In this document: piece by piece, positions 8,941 to 22,189 of the stretch | How the letters are laid out: every line of letters starts with the position of its first letter | Position numbering within the stretch: the first letter of the stretch is position 1 | From: Pseudomonas aeruginosa PAO1 | Lineage (GTDB): Bacteria; Pseudomonadota; Gammaproteobacteria; Pseudomonadales; Pseudomonadaceae | Strand: one strand, 5' to 3' | DNA: 64,000 bases | Assembly: GCF_000006765.1 (NCBI RefSeq) | Contig: NC_002516.2 | Notes under the pieces: model-generated | Seen by the model: only the letters and a program-made list of their open reading frames with translations | Told to the model about the DNA's origin: nothing | Databases searched by the model: none | Translations under genes and position numbers: made by a program

Positions 8941-10528
8941 TCCAGTAGCCCTGCACCTGGTCGCAACCGAAATCGCGCAACTGCTCCTGCTGGCGCAGGG
9001 TCTCCACGCCTTCGGCAACCACTTCCAGGTTGAGGTTGTGCGCCAGGTTGATCATCGCCCGCACCAGTTGGAAGTTTTCCGCCCGCTGGTCCATGCCGCC
9101 GACGAAGCTGCGGTCGATCTTCAACAGGGTGATCGGCAGGCTATTGAGGTGGACGAAGGACGAGAAACCGGTGCCGAAGTCGTCCAGCGAAAAGCGCACG
9201 CCCAGTTGGCCGAGCGCCTGCATGGTCTGCAGCACCTGGTCGCTGCGCCGCATCACGGCGGTCTCGGTCAGTTCGAACTCGAGCCAGCGCGCGTCGACGC
9301 CGTGCTCTTCGATCAACCGTTGCAGGGTCGGCAGCAACTGGCTGTCCTGGAACTGGCGGAACGACAGGTTCACCGCCATGTGCAACGGCTCCAGGCCGCG
9401 CCCGTTGAGCCACTGCATGTCGCGCAGGGCGCGGGCGATGACCCAGTAGCCGAGCGGCACGATCAGCCCGCTCTCCTCGGCCAGCGGGACGAACTCGCTG
9501 GGCGTGAGCAGGCCCCGCTCGCCGTGGCGCCAGCGCACCAGCGCCTCCAGGCCGACGATGCGCCCGCTGTCCAGGCACAGTCGCGGCTGGTAGTGCAGCT
9601 CCAGCTCGTCGCGACGCAGCGCCCGGCGCAGTTCGGCTTCGAGGTCGGCGAGGCTGCGCACGCCACGGTTGATGCGTTCGTCGAAGACATGGAAGGTGCA
9701 ACCCTGGCGGCTCTTGGCCTGCTGCATGGCGATGTGCGCATGCCACATCAGCGGGTCGGCGCCTTCGTCGGCACGGGCGTGGGCGAGTCCCAGGCTGCAA
9801 CCCAGCAACAGGCTCTCGCCATCGATCCAGTAGGGCTCGCCGAGGCATTCGACGATGCGTTCGGCGACCCGCTCGGCGCGTTGCGGATCGCGACGGGTGT
9901 CCAGCAGCAGGGCGAACTCGTCGCTGCCCAGGCGCGCCAGGCTGTCGCCGTTCTCCATGAAGCCGCGCAGGCGGTTGACCACCTGCAGGATCAGACGGTC
10001 GCCGCCCTGGTGGCCGAGGGAATCGTTGACGTGACGGAAGTTGTCCAGGTCGAGGTGGCCGAGCACCAGGCCACGCCCGTCGAATTCGCTGAGGCGCGCC
10101 GCGAGCAGGGTCTGGAAGCCCTGGCGGTTGGCGATGCCGGTCAGCGGATCCTGCTCGGCGAGCAGTTGCAGGGTCGCCTGCAAACCCAGGCGCTCGCGCG
10201 CGTAGCGCAGGCAGCGGCGCAGGCTGTCCTCGGAAAGCTGTTCGGCAGCCAGCCAGTCGACCACCCCAACCGGCGCCTGCGCCGGTTCCTGCTGCAACAG
10301 CAGGATCACCGGCCAGGGACAGGGAGTCCCCAGCGGCAGGCAGGCCGGCGTGGCCAGGAGCAGCCCCCGGGGCTCGGCGGCGAACAGGGTGGCCGCGCCC
10401 TCCCAGGTGGTGACGATGCTCAGCGAAAAGGCAGGCCCCAGCGCTCTCAGGCGTTCACCTAGCAGTGGCGCCCAGTCCGGCGTATCCGCCAGAAGGAGCA
10501 GGCGCAAGGGTTCTGCGGGCGCTGACAA
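8852..10528 (-). CDS. proE: GGDEF-EAL c-di-GMP phosphodiesterase with degenerate GGDEF (GSDEF), 558 aa
   Basis: 'ARLGSDEFALLL', 'GLEALVRW', 'DDFGTGFSS', 'EGVET'. TTG start; N-terminal REC-like remnant. Confidence 0.88.
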   Translation of the reverse strand: MSAPAEPLRLLLLADTPDWAPLLGERLRALGPAFSLSIVTTWEGAATLFAAEPRGLLLATPACLPLGTPCPWPVILLLQQEPAQAPVGVVDWLAAEQLSEDSLRRCLRYARERLGLQATLQLLAEQDPLTGIANRQGFQTLLAARLSEFDGRGLVLGHLDLDNFRHVNDSLGHQGGDRLILQVVNRLRGFMENGDSLARLGSDEFALLLDTRRDPQRAERVAERIVECLGEPYWIDGESLLLGCSLGLAHARADEGADPLMWHAHIAMQQAKSRQGCTFHVFDERINRGVRSLADLEAELRRALRRDELELHYQPRLCLDSGRIVGLEALVRWRHGERGLLTPSEFVPLAEESGLIVPLGYWVIARALRDMQWLNGRGLEPLHMAVNLSFRQFQDSQLLPTLQRLIEEHGVDARWLEFELTETAVMRRSDQVLQTMQALGQLGVRFSLDDFGTGFSSFVHLNSLPITLLKIDRSFVGGMDQRAENFQLVRAMINLAHNLNLEVVAEGVETLRQQEQLRDFGCDQVQGYWISPPLPLAELARFLGIGERSAHRGQPLGN

Positions 10529-10715
10529 GCAACCTCCAAAGTTTTAAGAATCTTCGTAAAGAACGAACGGCATCATCCTAATGCGGTAGGGAATCTACAG
10601 CAAAATGGCGTGAACGATCTCGGGATCGGTCACAGCTTGCACGCTAATTCTCGCGGATGCCAGCCAGCCTGTTAGAATACGCCCCCGCTTCAACCCTCTC
10701 TTCCGGCCTGTTCCT

Positions 10716-12725
10716 ATGTCCCGACTCAATCCCCGGCAGCAAGAAGCCGTGAACTACGTCGGCGGTCCCCTGCTGGTCCTGGCTGGCGCCGGCTCCGGCA
10801 AGACCAGCGTGATCACCCGCAAGATCGCCTATCTCGTCCAGCAGTGCGGTATCCGCGCCCAGTACATCGTCGCCGTGACCTTCACCAACAAGGCCGCGCG
10901 GGAGATGAAGGAGCGCGTCGGCACCCTGCTGCGCGGCGGCGAGGGCAAGGGCCTGACCGTCTCGACCTTCCACAACCTCGGCCTGAACATCATCCGCAAG
11001 GAACACGAACGGCTCGGCTACAAGCCCGGTTTCTCGATCTTCGACGAGTCGGACATCAAGGCGCTGCTGACCGACATCATGCAGAAGGAGTATTCCGGGG
11101 ACGACGGCGTCGACGAGATCAAGAACTACATCGGCGCCTGGAAGAACGACCTGATCCTTCCGGAGGAGGCGCTGGAAAAGGCCCGCAACCCCAAGGAGCA
11201 GACCGCCGCGATCGTCTACCTGCATTACCAGCGCACCCTGCGCGCCTACAACGCGGTGGACTTCGACGACCTGATCCTGCAACCGGTGAAGCTGTTCCAG
11301 GAACATCCGGACGTCCTCCAGAAGTGGCAGAACAAGGTGCGCTACATGCTGGTGGACGAGTACCAGGACACCAACGCCAGCCAGTACCTGCTGGTCAAGC
11401 TGCTGGTGAAGGACCGCGCCCAGTTCACCGTGGTCGGCGACGACGATCAGTCGATCTACGCCTGGCGCGGCGCGCGTCCGGAAAACCTGATGCAGCTGAA
11501 GGAAGACTTCCCTTCGCTGAAGGTGGTGATGCTGGAGCAGAACTACCGCTCCACCAGCCGCATCCTCAAGTGCGCGAACGTCCTCATCGCCAACAACCCG
11601 CACGTATTCGAGAAGCAGTTGTGGAGCGAGATGGGCCACGGCGATCCGATCCGGGTGATCCGCTGCCGCAACGAGGACGCCGAGGCCGAGCGCATCGCCA
11701 TGGAGATCCTCACCCTGCACCTGCGCACCGAGCGGCCGTACAGCGAGTTCGCCATCCTCTACCGTGGCAACCACCAGGCCAAGCTGATGGAGCTGAAGCT
11801 CCAGCACCACCAGATTCCCTATCGGCTCTCTGGCGGCACCAGCTTCTTCGGGCGCCAGGAAGTGAAGGACCTGATGTCCTACTTCCGCCTGCTGGTGAAC
11901 CCCGACGACGACAACGCCTTCCTCAGGGTGATCAACGTGCCGCGCCGGGAAATCGGTTCGGCGACCCTGGAGAAGCTCGGCAACTACGCCACCCAGCGCA
12001 AGATCTCGATGTACGCCGCCTGCGACGAGATGGGCCTGGCCGAGCACCTCGACAGCCGTTTCCACGAACGCCTGCAACGCTTCAAGCGCTGGATGGACGG
12101 TATCCGCCGACAGTGCGCGGAGAACGAGCCGATCGCCGTGCTGCGCAGCATGGTGATGGACATCGACTACGAGAACTGGCTGCGGCAGAACGCCTCCAGC
12201 GACAAGGTCGCCGAATTCCGCATGAGCAACGTCTGGTTCCTCATCGAGGCACTGAAGAACACCCTCGAGCGCGACGAGGAAGGCGACATGACCATCGAGC
12301 AGGCCATCGCCAAGCTGGTCCTGCGCGACATGCTGGAGCGCCAGCAGGAAGAAGAGGAAGGCGCCGAAGGCGTGCAGATGATGACCCTGCACGCGTCGAA
12401 GGGGCTGGAGTTCCCCTACGTGTTCATCATGGGCATGGAGGAAGAGATCCTGCCCCACCGTTCCAGCATCGAGGCCGACACGGTGGAAGAGGAGCGCCGC
12501 CTGGCCTACGTCGGCATCACCCGCGCGCGGCAGAACCTGGCGATGACCTTCGCCGCCAAGCGCAAGCAATACGGCGAGATCATCGACTGCTCGCCGAGCC
12601 GCTTCCTCGACGAACTGCCCCCCGAAGACCTCGAATGGGAAGGCATGGAAGACGCCCCGCAAGAGGTCAAGGCGGCCAAGGGCAACGCCGCCCTCGCCGA
12701 CATCCGCGCCATGCTCAAGCGCTGA
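10716..12725 (+). CDS. rep: ATP-dependent DNA helicase Rep (669 aa)
   Basis: 'LAGAGSGKT', 'LVDEYQDTN', 'EEERRLAYVGITRA'. Confidence 0.97.
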   Translation: MSRLNPRQQEAVNYVGGPLLVLAGAGSGKTSVITRKIAYLVQQCGIRAQYIVAVTFTNKAAREMKERVGTLLRGGEGKGLTVSTFHNLGLNIIRKEHERLGYKPGFSIFDESDIKALLTDIMQKEYSGDDGVDEIKNYIGAWKNDLILPEEALEKARNPKEQTAAIVYLHYQRTLRAYNAVDFDDLILQPVKLFQEHPDVLQKWQNKVRYMLVDEYQDTNASQYLLVKLLVKDRAQFTVVGDDDQSIYAWRGARPENLMQLKEDFPSLKVVMLEQNYRSTSRILKCANVLIANNPHVFEKQLWSEMGHGDPIRVIRCRNEDAEAERIAMEILTLHLRTERPYSEFAILYRGNHQAKLMELKLQHHQIPYRLSGGTSFFGRQEVKDLMSYFRLLVNPDDDNAFLRVINVPRREIGSATLEKLGNYATQRKISMYAACDEMGLAEHLDSRFHERLQRFKRWMDGIRRQCAENEPIAVLRSMVMDIDYENWLRQNASSDKVAEFRMSNVWFLIEALKNTLERDEEGDMTIEQAIAKLVLRDMLERQQEEEEGAEGVQMMTLHASKGLEFPYVFIMGMEEEILPHRSSIEADTVEEERRLAYVGITRARQNLAMTFAAKRKQYGEIIDCSPSRFLDELPPEDLEWEGMEDAPQEVKAAKGNAALADIRAMLKR

Positions 12726-12830
12726 GCCCGCCGCGCCTCGACTGTCTCGATTTTCACAAAAGTGTCTTGCCCGATGCCTAGCCTCGGGCGAGGAACTTTT
12801 GCCGCTCCACGCGCGACCAAAATTAGCTAG

Positions 12831-15278
<2,448 letters not shown>

Positions 15279-15285
15279 GCGCCAC

Positions 15286-17214
15286 TCAGCCCCGCTCTTC
15301 CTGGCTGGCTCGCAGGCCGGCCAGCAGCAAGCGCTGGTAGAGTTCCTCGCGAAGCCCCTGCGGATCGTCCAGGTCCATGCGCCGCAGATGCGCCGGGTAG
15401 GCTTCTGGCTCCGGCGCATCCAGGGTCGCCTTGCCCAGTTCGAGGATCTCGCTCAGCTTCAGCTTGCGCTTGAGCCAACCCAGCGCCCGCAGCAGGTCCT
15501 GCTCGACCTCGTCGAAATCGCTGCCCAGGGGAAACTCCGGCAGCGCCGCTGCGTGGGCCTGGTGCAAGGCCTGCAGGCGCTCCGGGGTATTGTTGCGATA
15601 GCGTTCGGGCAGGACGAAATCCTTCGGCAGCTTGCCGGCCGACTGGGCCTGCTCGGCCAGCGCCTGCTGGAAGCGCGAGTCGGCGATGGCCAGCAGCGCG
15701 GCGATCACTTCCGCGTCATTCTTGCCGCGCAGGTCGGCGATCCCGTACTCGGTCACCACCATGTCACGCAAGTGCCGGGGAATGGTGGTGTGGGCGTACT
15801 GCCAGACGATGTTCGAACTGACCTCCCCGCCGGATTCGCGCCAGCTACGCAGCATCAGGATCGAACGTGCGCCCTCCAGCTCGTGAGCCTGGGCGACGAA
15901 GTTGTACTGCCCGCCGACGCCACTGAGCACCCGGCCGTCCTCCAGCTGGTCGGCGACCCCGGCGCCGAGCAGGGTCACGGTGAAGGCGCTGTTGATGAAG
16001 CGCGCGTCGCGCCGCTGCAGACGCTTCAGCTCTTCCTGGCGGTACAGGTTGTTGACGAAGCCGATGCCGGTCATGCCGATCCCGGCGCGCTCTTCCAGCG
16101 ACATCTCGCGCAGGCGCCGGTAGAACGCCAACGGACCGAGGAAAAAGCCGCCGTGCAGCCACACCCCGCCCTCCACCGGCGCCTCACCGCGCTCGGCGGC
16201 ACGCTGCCGCGCTTCGTCGGGGTAGACCCGGCGGCTCAGCACGCCGGCCTCGGCCAGCGCCAGCAGACCCGGCACGAACATCTCGCTGCAACCGTAAAGC
16301 CCCCGGCGGAACGGCTCCAGGCCACCGTCGCGCTCGATCGTCTCGGCCCAGCGCGCACGCACACCCAGCTCGTCGATCAACGCTCGGTAGGTGGCGTTGT
16401 CGCGCTGGCGCAGCAGCAGGGCGGCGGTCAGCGCGTCGCCCATCGAGCCGATGCCGATCTGCAGGGTGCCGCCGTCGCGCACCAGCGCGCTGGCGTGGAG
16501 GCCGATGCAGTGGTCCTGCAGGTTGACCGGCATGTTCGGCGTGGAGAACAGCCGGCTGCTTTCCGCCGGCGCGTCGATCAGCAGGTCGAATACCGACTCC
16601 TCGACCTCGGCGTCGCCCGGCAGGTAGGGCAGGTCATCGTGGACCACGCCGATGGCGACGATGGTCTCGCCGGCGGCGCGACGCTTCTCCAGCATCGGCA
16701 GGAGGTCCAGGGTGATATCCGGGTTGCAGGCCAGGCTCAGCTTGCCCGGCCGCTCGGGATGCCGCGCCACCAGTTGCGCCACCGCGTTGACGCCCTTGGC
16801 GTTGATGTCGCGGGCGACGTGGCTGTAGTTGCAACTGATGTAGTGCTGCTGCGCCGGCGCGCTGTCCAGCAGACTGCCGGGCTGCAGGTAGAACTCCTCG
16901 ACGCGGATGTTCGCCGGCAGTTCGTCGCGGCGCAGGGCGTGCAGGTAATCCAGCTCCGGGTAGTCGGCGAAGACCCGTTCGGCGAAAGGCTCGAGGAAAC
17001 GCCGTTGCAGGTCGCCGCCAGCGGCGGGACGCCCCAGGGAAAGCGCGGTATACAGCGTCAGCTGGCGCTCCGGCAGGGTCCGCAGCCGCTGGTACAACGC
17101 ATTGACCAGTCGGTTGGGCTTACCCAGCCCGAGGGGCAGGCCCATGCGGATCGGGCCCTTGATGGTCTGCAGCAAGTGATCGACTGCGGCGTCGATGGAA
17201 CAGGTTCGGCTCAA
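15286..17214 (-). CDS. Acetyl-CoA hydrolase/CoA-transferase-family protein (about 642 aa, TTG start)
   Basis: 'GGTLQIGIG', 'SGVGGQYNFV', 'VVTEYGIADLRGK'. GGAGG RBS 8 nt upstream of TTG 17214. Confidence 0.8.
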   Translation of the reverse strand: MSRTCSIDAAVDHLLQTIKGPIRMGLPLGLGKPNRLVNALYQRLRTLPERQLTLYTALSLGRPAAGGDLQRRFLEPFAERVFADYPELDYLHALRRDELPANIRVEEFYLQPGSLLDSAPAQQHYISCNYSHVARDINAKGVNAVAQLVARHPERPGKLSLACNPDITLDLLPMLEKRRAAGETIVAIGVVHDDLPYLPGDAEVEESVFDLLIDAPAESSRLFSTPNMPVNLQDHCIGLHASALVRDGGTLQIGIGSMGDALTAALLLRQRDNATYRALIDELGVRARWAETIERDGGLEPFRRGLYGCSEMFVPGLLALAEAGVLSRRVYPDEARQRAAERGEAPVEGGVWLHGGFFLGPLAFYRRLREMSLEERAGIGMTGIGFVNNLYRQEELKRLQRRDARFINSAFTVTLLGAGVADQLEDGRVLSGVGGQYNFVAQAHELEGARSILMLRSWRESGGEVSSNIVWQYAHTTIPRHLRDMVVTEYGIADLRGKNDAEVIAALLAIADSRFQQALAEQAQSAGKLPKDFVLPERYRNNTPERLQALHQAHAAALPEFPLGSDFDEVEQDLLRALGWLKRKLKLSEILELGKATLDAPEPEAYPAHLRRMDLDDPQGLREELYQRLLLAGLRASQEERG

Positions 17215-17309
17215 GACGATGCCCTCCGGCGAATGGGTAGCCGGAAGTTTGGACCCTGTTTGCCGGCGGGACGATCCGCCAGCGGGAAAAACCCGCACCG
17301 CGGATACGA

Positions 17310-17333
17310 AAAAGCCGCCAGGAGGCGGCTTTT
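17310..17333 (-). terminator. Intrinsic terminator after cycB
   Basis: AAAAGCCGCC-AGGA-GGCGGCTTTT hairpin with U tracts on both strands. Confidence 0.85.
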
Positions 17334-17354
17334 CGCGACACTGTCCCGGCGTTG

Positions 17355-17765
17355 TTACAGACCGGACATATGCTTGATCGCGGCTTTCAGCTCGTCGTCC
17401 GAGCAATCGGCGCAGGTGCCTTTCGGCGGCATGGCGTTGATACCGGAAATCGCCTTGGCCAGCAGGCCATCGAGGCCGCCCTGCTCCTTGGCGCGCTTGC
17501 CCCACTCGGCCTTGTCGCCAACCTTCGGCGCGCCCAGCAGGCCGGTGCCGTGGCAGGTGTTGCAGGTCTTGCCGACGATGTCTTCGCCGGAACGCGCACC
17601 GCCGCCACCGGCGGCTGCCGCGACGGCGCCGACGCCTTCGCATTCCTTGCCTTGTACGCAGACCTTGCCTACCGGCTCGAGGCGCTTGGCGATCGCATCG
17701 TCAGTGGTCGTAGCCTGAGCGCTTACAGCCCACAGGGCCAACACGGCAGCTTGGGCCGCCAGCAT
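17355..17765 (-). CDS. cycB: Cytochrome c5
   Basis: Signal peptide, heme motif CNTCH, 'GINAMPPKGTCADC'. An alternative GTG start at 17783 has a good RBS. Confidence 0.93.
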   Translation of the reverse strand: MLAAQAAVLALWAVSAQATTTDDAIAKRLEPVGKVCVQGKECEGVGAVAAAAGGGGARSGEDIVGKTCNTCHGTGLLGAPKVGDKAEWGKRAKEQGGLDGLLAKAISGINAMPPKGTCADCSDDELKAAIKHMSGL

Positions 17766-17986
17766 TTTTTTAATCAGGTTCACCCTTACACCCTCATCGT
17801 GGCTTATCACACCCGGGCACGATACCGATCACTGCGGGCCGCGCGGGCGGGCGCAAGTATAACGGCAAAGAAAGCCCGGCAGAAACAATTGCACACCCTC
17901 GCAAAGCCTTGCGGCATTAGGTCGCAGCCCCGCATGCCCCTTGTCGGCCGGCGCCCTTCGGGCCCGGCGGGGTCTTGTGCTTCAGG

Positions 17987-18535
17987 TCAGAAATTTGCGG
18001 GCGTGGTGGCGCTGATCAAGCGTGCCGGCACATCGTAGGGATTGCGAAAACGGTGCGGCTTGTTGCTCTCAAAATAGTAGCTGTCGCCGCGCTCGAGCAC
18101 ATAGGTCTCGCTGCCGACGGTCAGTTCCAGGCGCCCGTCGACCAGCACGCCGGCCTCCTCGCCTTCGTGGTTGAGCATTTCCTCGCCGGTGTCGGAGCCC
18201 GGCGGGTAGGTTTCGTCGAGGAAGGCGATCGCCCGGCTCGGGTGCGCCTTGCCCACCAGGCGCATGGACACCGCGCCGCTGGAAATGTCGATCAGTTCGT
18301 CTGCCTTGTAGACAACCTGGGTATGGCTGTCCTGCTCCAGGTCCAGGGAGAAGAACTCCACCAGGGACATGGGGATACCGCCCAGCACCTTCTTCAGCGA
18401 ACTGATGGAAGGGCTCACGCTGTTTTTCTCGATCATCGAGATAGTGCTGTTGGTGACACCCGCCCGTTTGGCGAGTTCGCGCTGGGAAAGACCTTTGAGC
18501 TTTCGGATGGTTTGCAGACGAGCACCGACGTCCAA
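17987..18535 (-). CDS. pauR: XRE-cupin repressor of polyamine catabolism PauR (182 aa, TTG start)
   Basis: MDVGARLQTIRKLKGLSQRELAKRAG HTH plus cupin 'HEGEEAG'; PuuR-like. Confidence 0.9.
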   Translation of the reverse strand: MDVGARLQTIRKLKGLSQRELAKRAGVTNSTISMIEKNSVSPSISSLKKVLGGIPMSLVEFFSLDLEQDSHTQVVYKADELIDISSGAVSMRLVGKAHPSRAIAFLDETYPPGSDTGEEMLNHEGEEAGVLVDGRLELTVGSETYVLERGDSYYFESNKPHRFRNPYDVPARLISATTPANF

Positions 18536-18625
18536 GGGTGGAGTCCTCCTTATTCTTCTGGCAGGCAAGGCAAAACGAGGCCGCACACGGCTGGCGACCC
18601 CAAGTCGGCCGTATCATGGCAACAC

Positions 18626-18643
18626 TGTTCAGTATTTACAACA
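18626..18643. promoter_or_regulatory. Putative PauR operator (autoregulation)
   Basis: TGTTCAGTATTTACAACA; aligns with two similar 18-mers between pauC and gabT2. Confidence 0.65.
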
Positions 18644-18685
18644 GATCGGTCGACATGCCTGCGCAAAGAATTCGGAAAGTTTTTC

Positions 18686-19759
18686 TCAAGCCCCGGAATA
18701 GACGCGCGGCACCCTTTTCAGGTTGCACAGCAGCTGGTAGGGAATGCTGCCGAACTGCGCCGCCAGGGCGCCGACCGGCACGTTCGGGCCCCATAGTTCG
18801 ACCCGGCTGCCCAGCCCGGCCTGGGGATGGTCGGTAAGGTCGACGGTGAGCATGTCCATCGATACCCGGCCAACCAGGCGCCCCGGCTTGCCGTCGATGA
18901 ACACAAGGGTGCCGTCGGCGGCGTGGCGCGGATAGCCATCGGCGTAGCCCATGGCGACCACGCCGATGCGCTGGCTACGCTCGGTGCTGTAGCGCGCGCC
19001 GTAGCCGACCGGTTCGCCGGCCGGCAGGTCGCGGACGCTGATCACCTTCGATTCTAGGGTCATCACCGGGCGCAAGCGGTCGGCCAGCGGATGTGCGCGC
19101 TCGAACGGCGTGGCTCCGTAGAGCAGGATGCCCGGACGTACCCAATCGCTGGGCACCTTCGGCCAGCCGAGCACGGCTGGCGAATTGCGCAGGCTGATCT
19201 CGCCTTCCAGGCCCTGGCTCGCGGCCGCGAAGGCGGCGAGCTGTTCCTCGGTGCGCGGGCAATCCAGTTCGTCGGCGCGGGAGAAGTGACTCATCATCAC
19301 GATCTTCGCCACCTTGCCGCTGGCCCGCAGGCGCTCGTGGGCGGCGCTGAAGTCCTCGGGGAAGAAGCCGACGCGGTGCATGCCCGAATCCATCTTCAGC
19401 CAGACGTTCAGCGGGCGGGCCAGGCTGGCGCGTTCGATCGCCTCCAATTGCCAGGCGCAATGCACCACGCACCAGAAGTCGTGGGCGACGATCAGCTCCA
19501 GCTCGGACGCCTCGAAGAAGCCCTCCAGCAGCAGGATCGGCTGGCGGATACCGGCCTCGCGCAGCTCCAGGCCCTCCTCGATGCAGGCCACGGCGAAGCC
19601 ATCGGCCTCGGCCGCCAGCGCTTCGGCACAGCGCACCGCGCCGTGGCCGTATGCGTCCGCCTTGATCACCGCGAGCGCACGGGCGCCGGTGGCCTCGCGG
19701 GCCAGCCGATAGTTGTGACGAAGGGCTTGCAGGTCGATCAGGGCACGGGCGGGGCGCAT
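18686..19759 (-). CDS. dadX: Catabolic alanine racemase DadX (357 aa)
   Basis: PLP lysine motif '[11 protein letters not shown]'; 'PVGYG'. Confidence 0.97.
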   Translation of the reverse strand: MRPARALIDLQALRHNYRLAREATGARALAVIKADAYGHGAVRCAEALAAEADGFAVACIEEGLELREAGIRQPILLLEGFFEASELELIVAHDFWCVVHCAWQLEAIERASLARPLNVWLKMDSGMHRVGFFPEDFSAAHERLRASGKVAKIVMMSHFSRADELDCPRTEEQLAAFAAASQGLEGEISLRNSPAVLGWPKVPSDWVRPGILLYGATPFERAHPLADRLRPVMTLESKVISVRDLPAGEPVGYGARYSTERSQRIGVVAMGYADGYPRHAADGTLVFIDGKPGRLVGRVSMDMLTVDLTDHPQAGLGSRVELWGPNVPVGALAAQFGSIPYQLLCNLKRVPRVYSGA

Positions 19760-19812
19760 GGCGACGGGTCTCTCTTCAGCGAGGTGCGGCATCGCGCACC
19801 TTTCATCAGGCG

Positions 19813-19839
19813 AAAAAAAGCCCGGCTCTCCGGCCGGGC
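19813..19839 (-). terminator. Intrinsic terminator between the Rid gene and dadX
   Basis: Minus strand GCCCGGC-CGGAGA-GCCGGGC followed by TTTTTTT. Confidence 0.75.
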
Positions 19840-19849
19840 CAGACAAAAC

Positions 19850-20203
19850 TCAGGGCAGCGCAGCGACCACCGACATCTCTACCAGGATCTCCGGCTCGCA
19901 GAGCTTGGCTTCGACGGTGGCGCGCGCCGGCGCGACGCCGCGCGGCAGCCACTGGTCCCAGACGCGGTTCATGCCTTCGAAGTCGGCGTCGATGTCCTTC
20001 AGGTAGATGGTCACCGAGAGGATCCGAGTCTTGTCGGTGCCGGCCTCTTCCAGCAGACGCTCGATGGCCGCCAGGGTCTCGCGGGTCTGCTGCTCGACGC
20101 CCGCGGACATGTCCTCGCCCACCTGGCCCGCCAGGTAGACGGTGCCGTTGTGGACGACGATCTGGCTCATACGCTCGTTAGTGTGCTGGCGCTGGATGGG
20201 CAT
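19850..20203 (-). CDS. dadY: Rid (YjgF/RidA-superfamily) imine deaminase of the dad operon (117 aa)
   Basis: '[18 protein letters not shown]', '[11 protein letters not shown]'. Overlaps the dadA stop by 26 nt. Confidence 0.85.
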   Translation of the reverse strand: MPIQRQHTNERMSQIVVHNGTVYLAGQVGEDMSAGVEQQTRETLAAIERLLEEAGTDKTRILSVTIYLKDIDADFEGMNRVWDQWLPRGVAPARATVEAKLCEPEILVEMSVVAALP

Positions 20204-21476
20204 TCTTGGCGTTCTCCGGGGAATTGCTGTAGCGGGAAATATCCAGGCCTTCGGTACTGATCTGCGGGCGCTTCTTCGCCATCAGGTCGGCCAGGTAGCG
20301 ACCCGACCCGCAGGCCATGGTCCAACCCAGGGTGCCGTGGCCGGTATTGAGGAACAGGTTGCGGTAGCGGGTGGCGCCGACGATCGGGGTGCCATCCGGG
20401 GTCGCCGGGCGCAGGCCGGTCCAGAAGGTCGCCTGGCTGATATCGCCGCCCTCGGGATAGAGGTCGGTGGTGATCATTTCCAGGGTCTCGCGGCGGCGCG
20501 GGTTCAGCGACAGGTCGAAGCCGGCGATTTCCGCCATGCCGCCGACGCGGATGCGCTGGTCGAAGCGGGTGATCGCCACCTTGTAGGTCTCGTCGAGGAT
20601 GGTCGAGGTCGGCGCCATCTCCGGGTTGGTGATCGGCACGGTCAGCGAATAACCCTTCAGCGGATAGACCGGAGCCTTGATACCCAGCGGCTTGAGCAGT
20701 TGCGGCGAGTAGCTGCCCAGGGCCAGCACGTAGTGGTCGGCGGTGAGCAATTCGCCGTTGACCAGCACGCCGTTGATGCGGTCGCCGGCGAAGTCCAGGC
20801 GCTCGATGTTCTGGCCGAAGCGGAACTCCACGCCCAGGCCCTTGGCCATTTCCGCCAGGCGGGTGGTGAACAGCTGGCAGTCGCCGGTCTGGTCGTTGGG
20901 CAGGCGCAAGGCGCCGACCAGCTTGTCGGCGACCTTGGCCAAAGCCGGCTCTACGCGGGCGATGCCGTCGCGGTCGAGAACCTCGTAGGGCACGCCGGAG
21001 CGCTCGAGCACGGCGATGTCCTTGCCGGCGGCGTCCAGCTGCGCCTGGGTGCGGAACAGTTGGGTGGTGCCGAGGGTGCGGCCCTCGTAGGCGATGCCGG
21101 TCTCGGCGCGCAGTTCGTCGAGGCAATCGCGGCTGTACTCGGACAGGCGGACCATGCGCTCCTTGTTCACGGCGTAGCGCTCGGCGGTGCAGTTGCGCAG
21201 CATCTGCAGCATCCAGGCGTACTGGCTGGGATCGGAGGTGAGCTTGATGGCCAGCGGCGCGTGCTTTTCCAGCAGCCACTTCATGGCCTTCAGGGGAATG
21301 CCCGGGGCTGCCCAGGGCGAAGCGTAGCCGGGAGACACCTGGCCGGCGTTGGCGAAGCTGGTTTCCAGCGCGGGACCGTCCTGACGGTCGACCACCACCA
21401 CCTCGAACCCGGCACGGGCCAGGTAATACGCACTGGCGGTACCGATGACACCGCTGCCAAGGACCAGAACTCGCAT
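20178..21476 (-). CDS. dadA: D-amino acid dehydrogenase DadA (432 aa)
   Basis: Rossmann motif '[10 protein letters not shown]', 'TSFANAGQ', 'GHGTLGWT'. Confidence 0.97.
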   Translation of the reverse strand: MRVLVLGSGVIGTASAYYLARAGFEVVVVDRQDGPALETSFANAGQVSPGYASPWAAPGIPLKAMKWLLEKHAPLAIKLTSDPSQYAWMLQMLRNCTAERYAVNKERMVRLSEYSRDCLDELRAETGIAYEGRTLGTTQLFRTQAQLDAAGKDIAVLERSGVPYEVLDRDGIARVEPALAKVADKLVGALRLPNDQTGDCQLFTTRLAEMAKGLGVEFRFGQNIERLDFAGDRINGVLVNGELLTADHYVLALGSYSPQLLKPLGIKAPVYPLKGYSLTVPITNPEMAPTSTILDETYKVAITRFDQRIRVGGMAEIAGFDLSLNPRRRETLEMITTDLYPEGGDISQATFWTGLRPATPDGTPIVGATRYRNLFLNTGHGTLGWTMACGSGRYLADLMAKKRPQISTEGLDISRYSNSPENAKNAHPAPAH

Positions 21477-21590
21477 TGTCGCCTCCCACGTCGCGGAGGA
21501 ACCGCGGACGTTTGTTATTTTGAGCGTGTAGATGCGCGCAGTATAGGAAGAGGCAGGCAGAAATAATCACCAATTTTAGGCGGTTACTCA

Positions 21591-21771
21591 GGTAAAAAAC
21601 CGGACAATTAGGGGTTTTACCGAGGCGCATCCACCATAAAACTGGAAAAATACCGCATATTTAAATGATCGAACTCAGGCCGTGAGTCGCTTTTTCGGGA
21701 AAGCCTGTCGCAGAAGCCATGGAAAACGGCAGGAGTCCCTGAAGGAACCGCTCGCGACAGGAAAAATTCCG
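21591..21771. promoter_or_regulatory. Four GG-N7-CCG boxes upstream of dadA (putative DadR/Lrp sites)
   Basis: GGTAAAAAACCG (21591), GGGGTTTTACCG (21611), GGAAAAATACCG (21644), GGAAAAATTCCG (21760). Confidence 0.65.
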
Positions 21772-21832
21772 CGGACACTGCCCGGCCCTTGCGACCGGAG
21801 CAGCGTCCCAGAGCGCTCGCGGAGCCTTCGCG

Positions 21833-22177
21833 CTATTTCTTCACCCACTTGCCGCCGACCTGGACGTACTGCCCGGCAGGGGTTCTCTCCATCGCCTTCT
21901 TGCCGGCCATGGCCTCCACGTCGGCCAGCGAAGCGCCGCTGCTGTTGGCCACCTTCTGGTATTCGGCACGCCGCGCGGCATTGATCTGCGCGGCGATGTC
22001 CGCCGCCTGGCCGCTGTTGCTGACCACGCCAAGGTAGCCGTCCGCCTGCTCGCCGACCAGGCCCTGGGCCTTGGCGCCGCCAAGGGCCGACATGGCCTGG
22101 CCGAGGTCCATCGCCATGGCGGAAAGGCTGATGCCGAGGGCCAGCAGGGCGATACCGAGTTTGCTACGGGTTGTCAT
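21833..22177 (-). CDS. ydbL: YdbL-family periplasmic protein (114 aa)
   Basis: Signal peptide; 'GLVGEQADGYLGVV', 'INAARRAEYQKVA', 'GQYVQ'. Confidence 0.88.
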   Translation of the reverse strand: MTTRSKLGIALLALGISLSAMAMDLGQAMSALGGAKAQGLVGEQADGYLGVVSNSGQAADIAAQINAARRAEYQKVANSSGASLADVEAMAGKKAMERTPAGQYVQVGGKWVKK

Positions 22178-22189
22178 GGATCCGCTCCT

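Noticed and set aside
15286-17643. 785-aa minus-strand ORF overlapping cycB
   Set aside because: The extension crosses the cycB terminator. The true start is likely TTG 17214, which has a GGAGG RBS.
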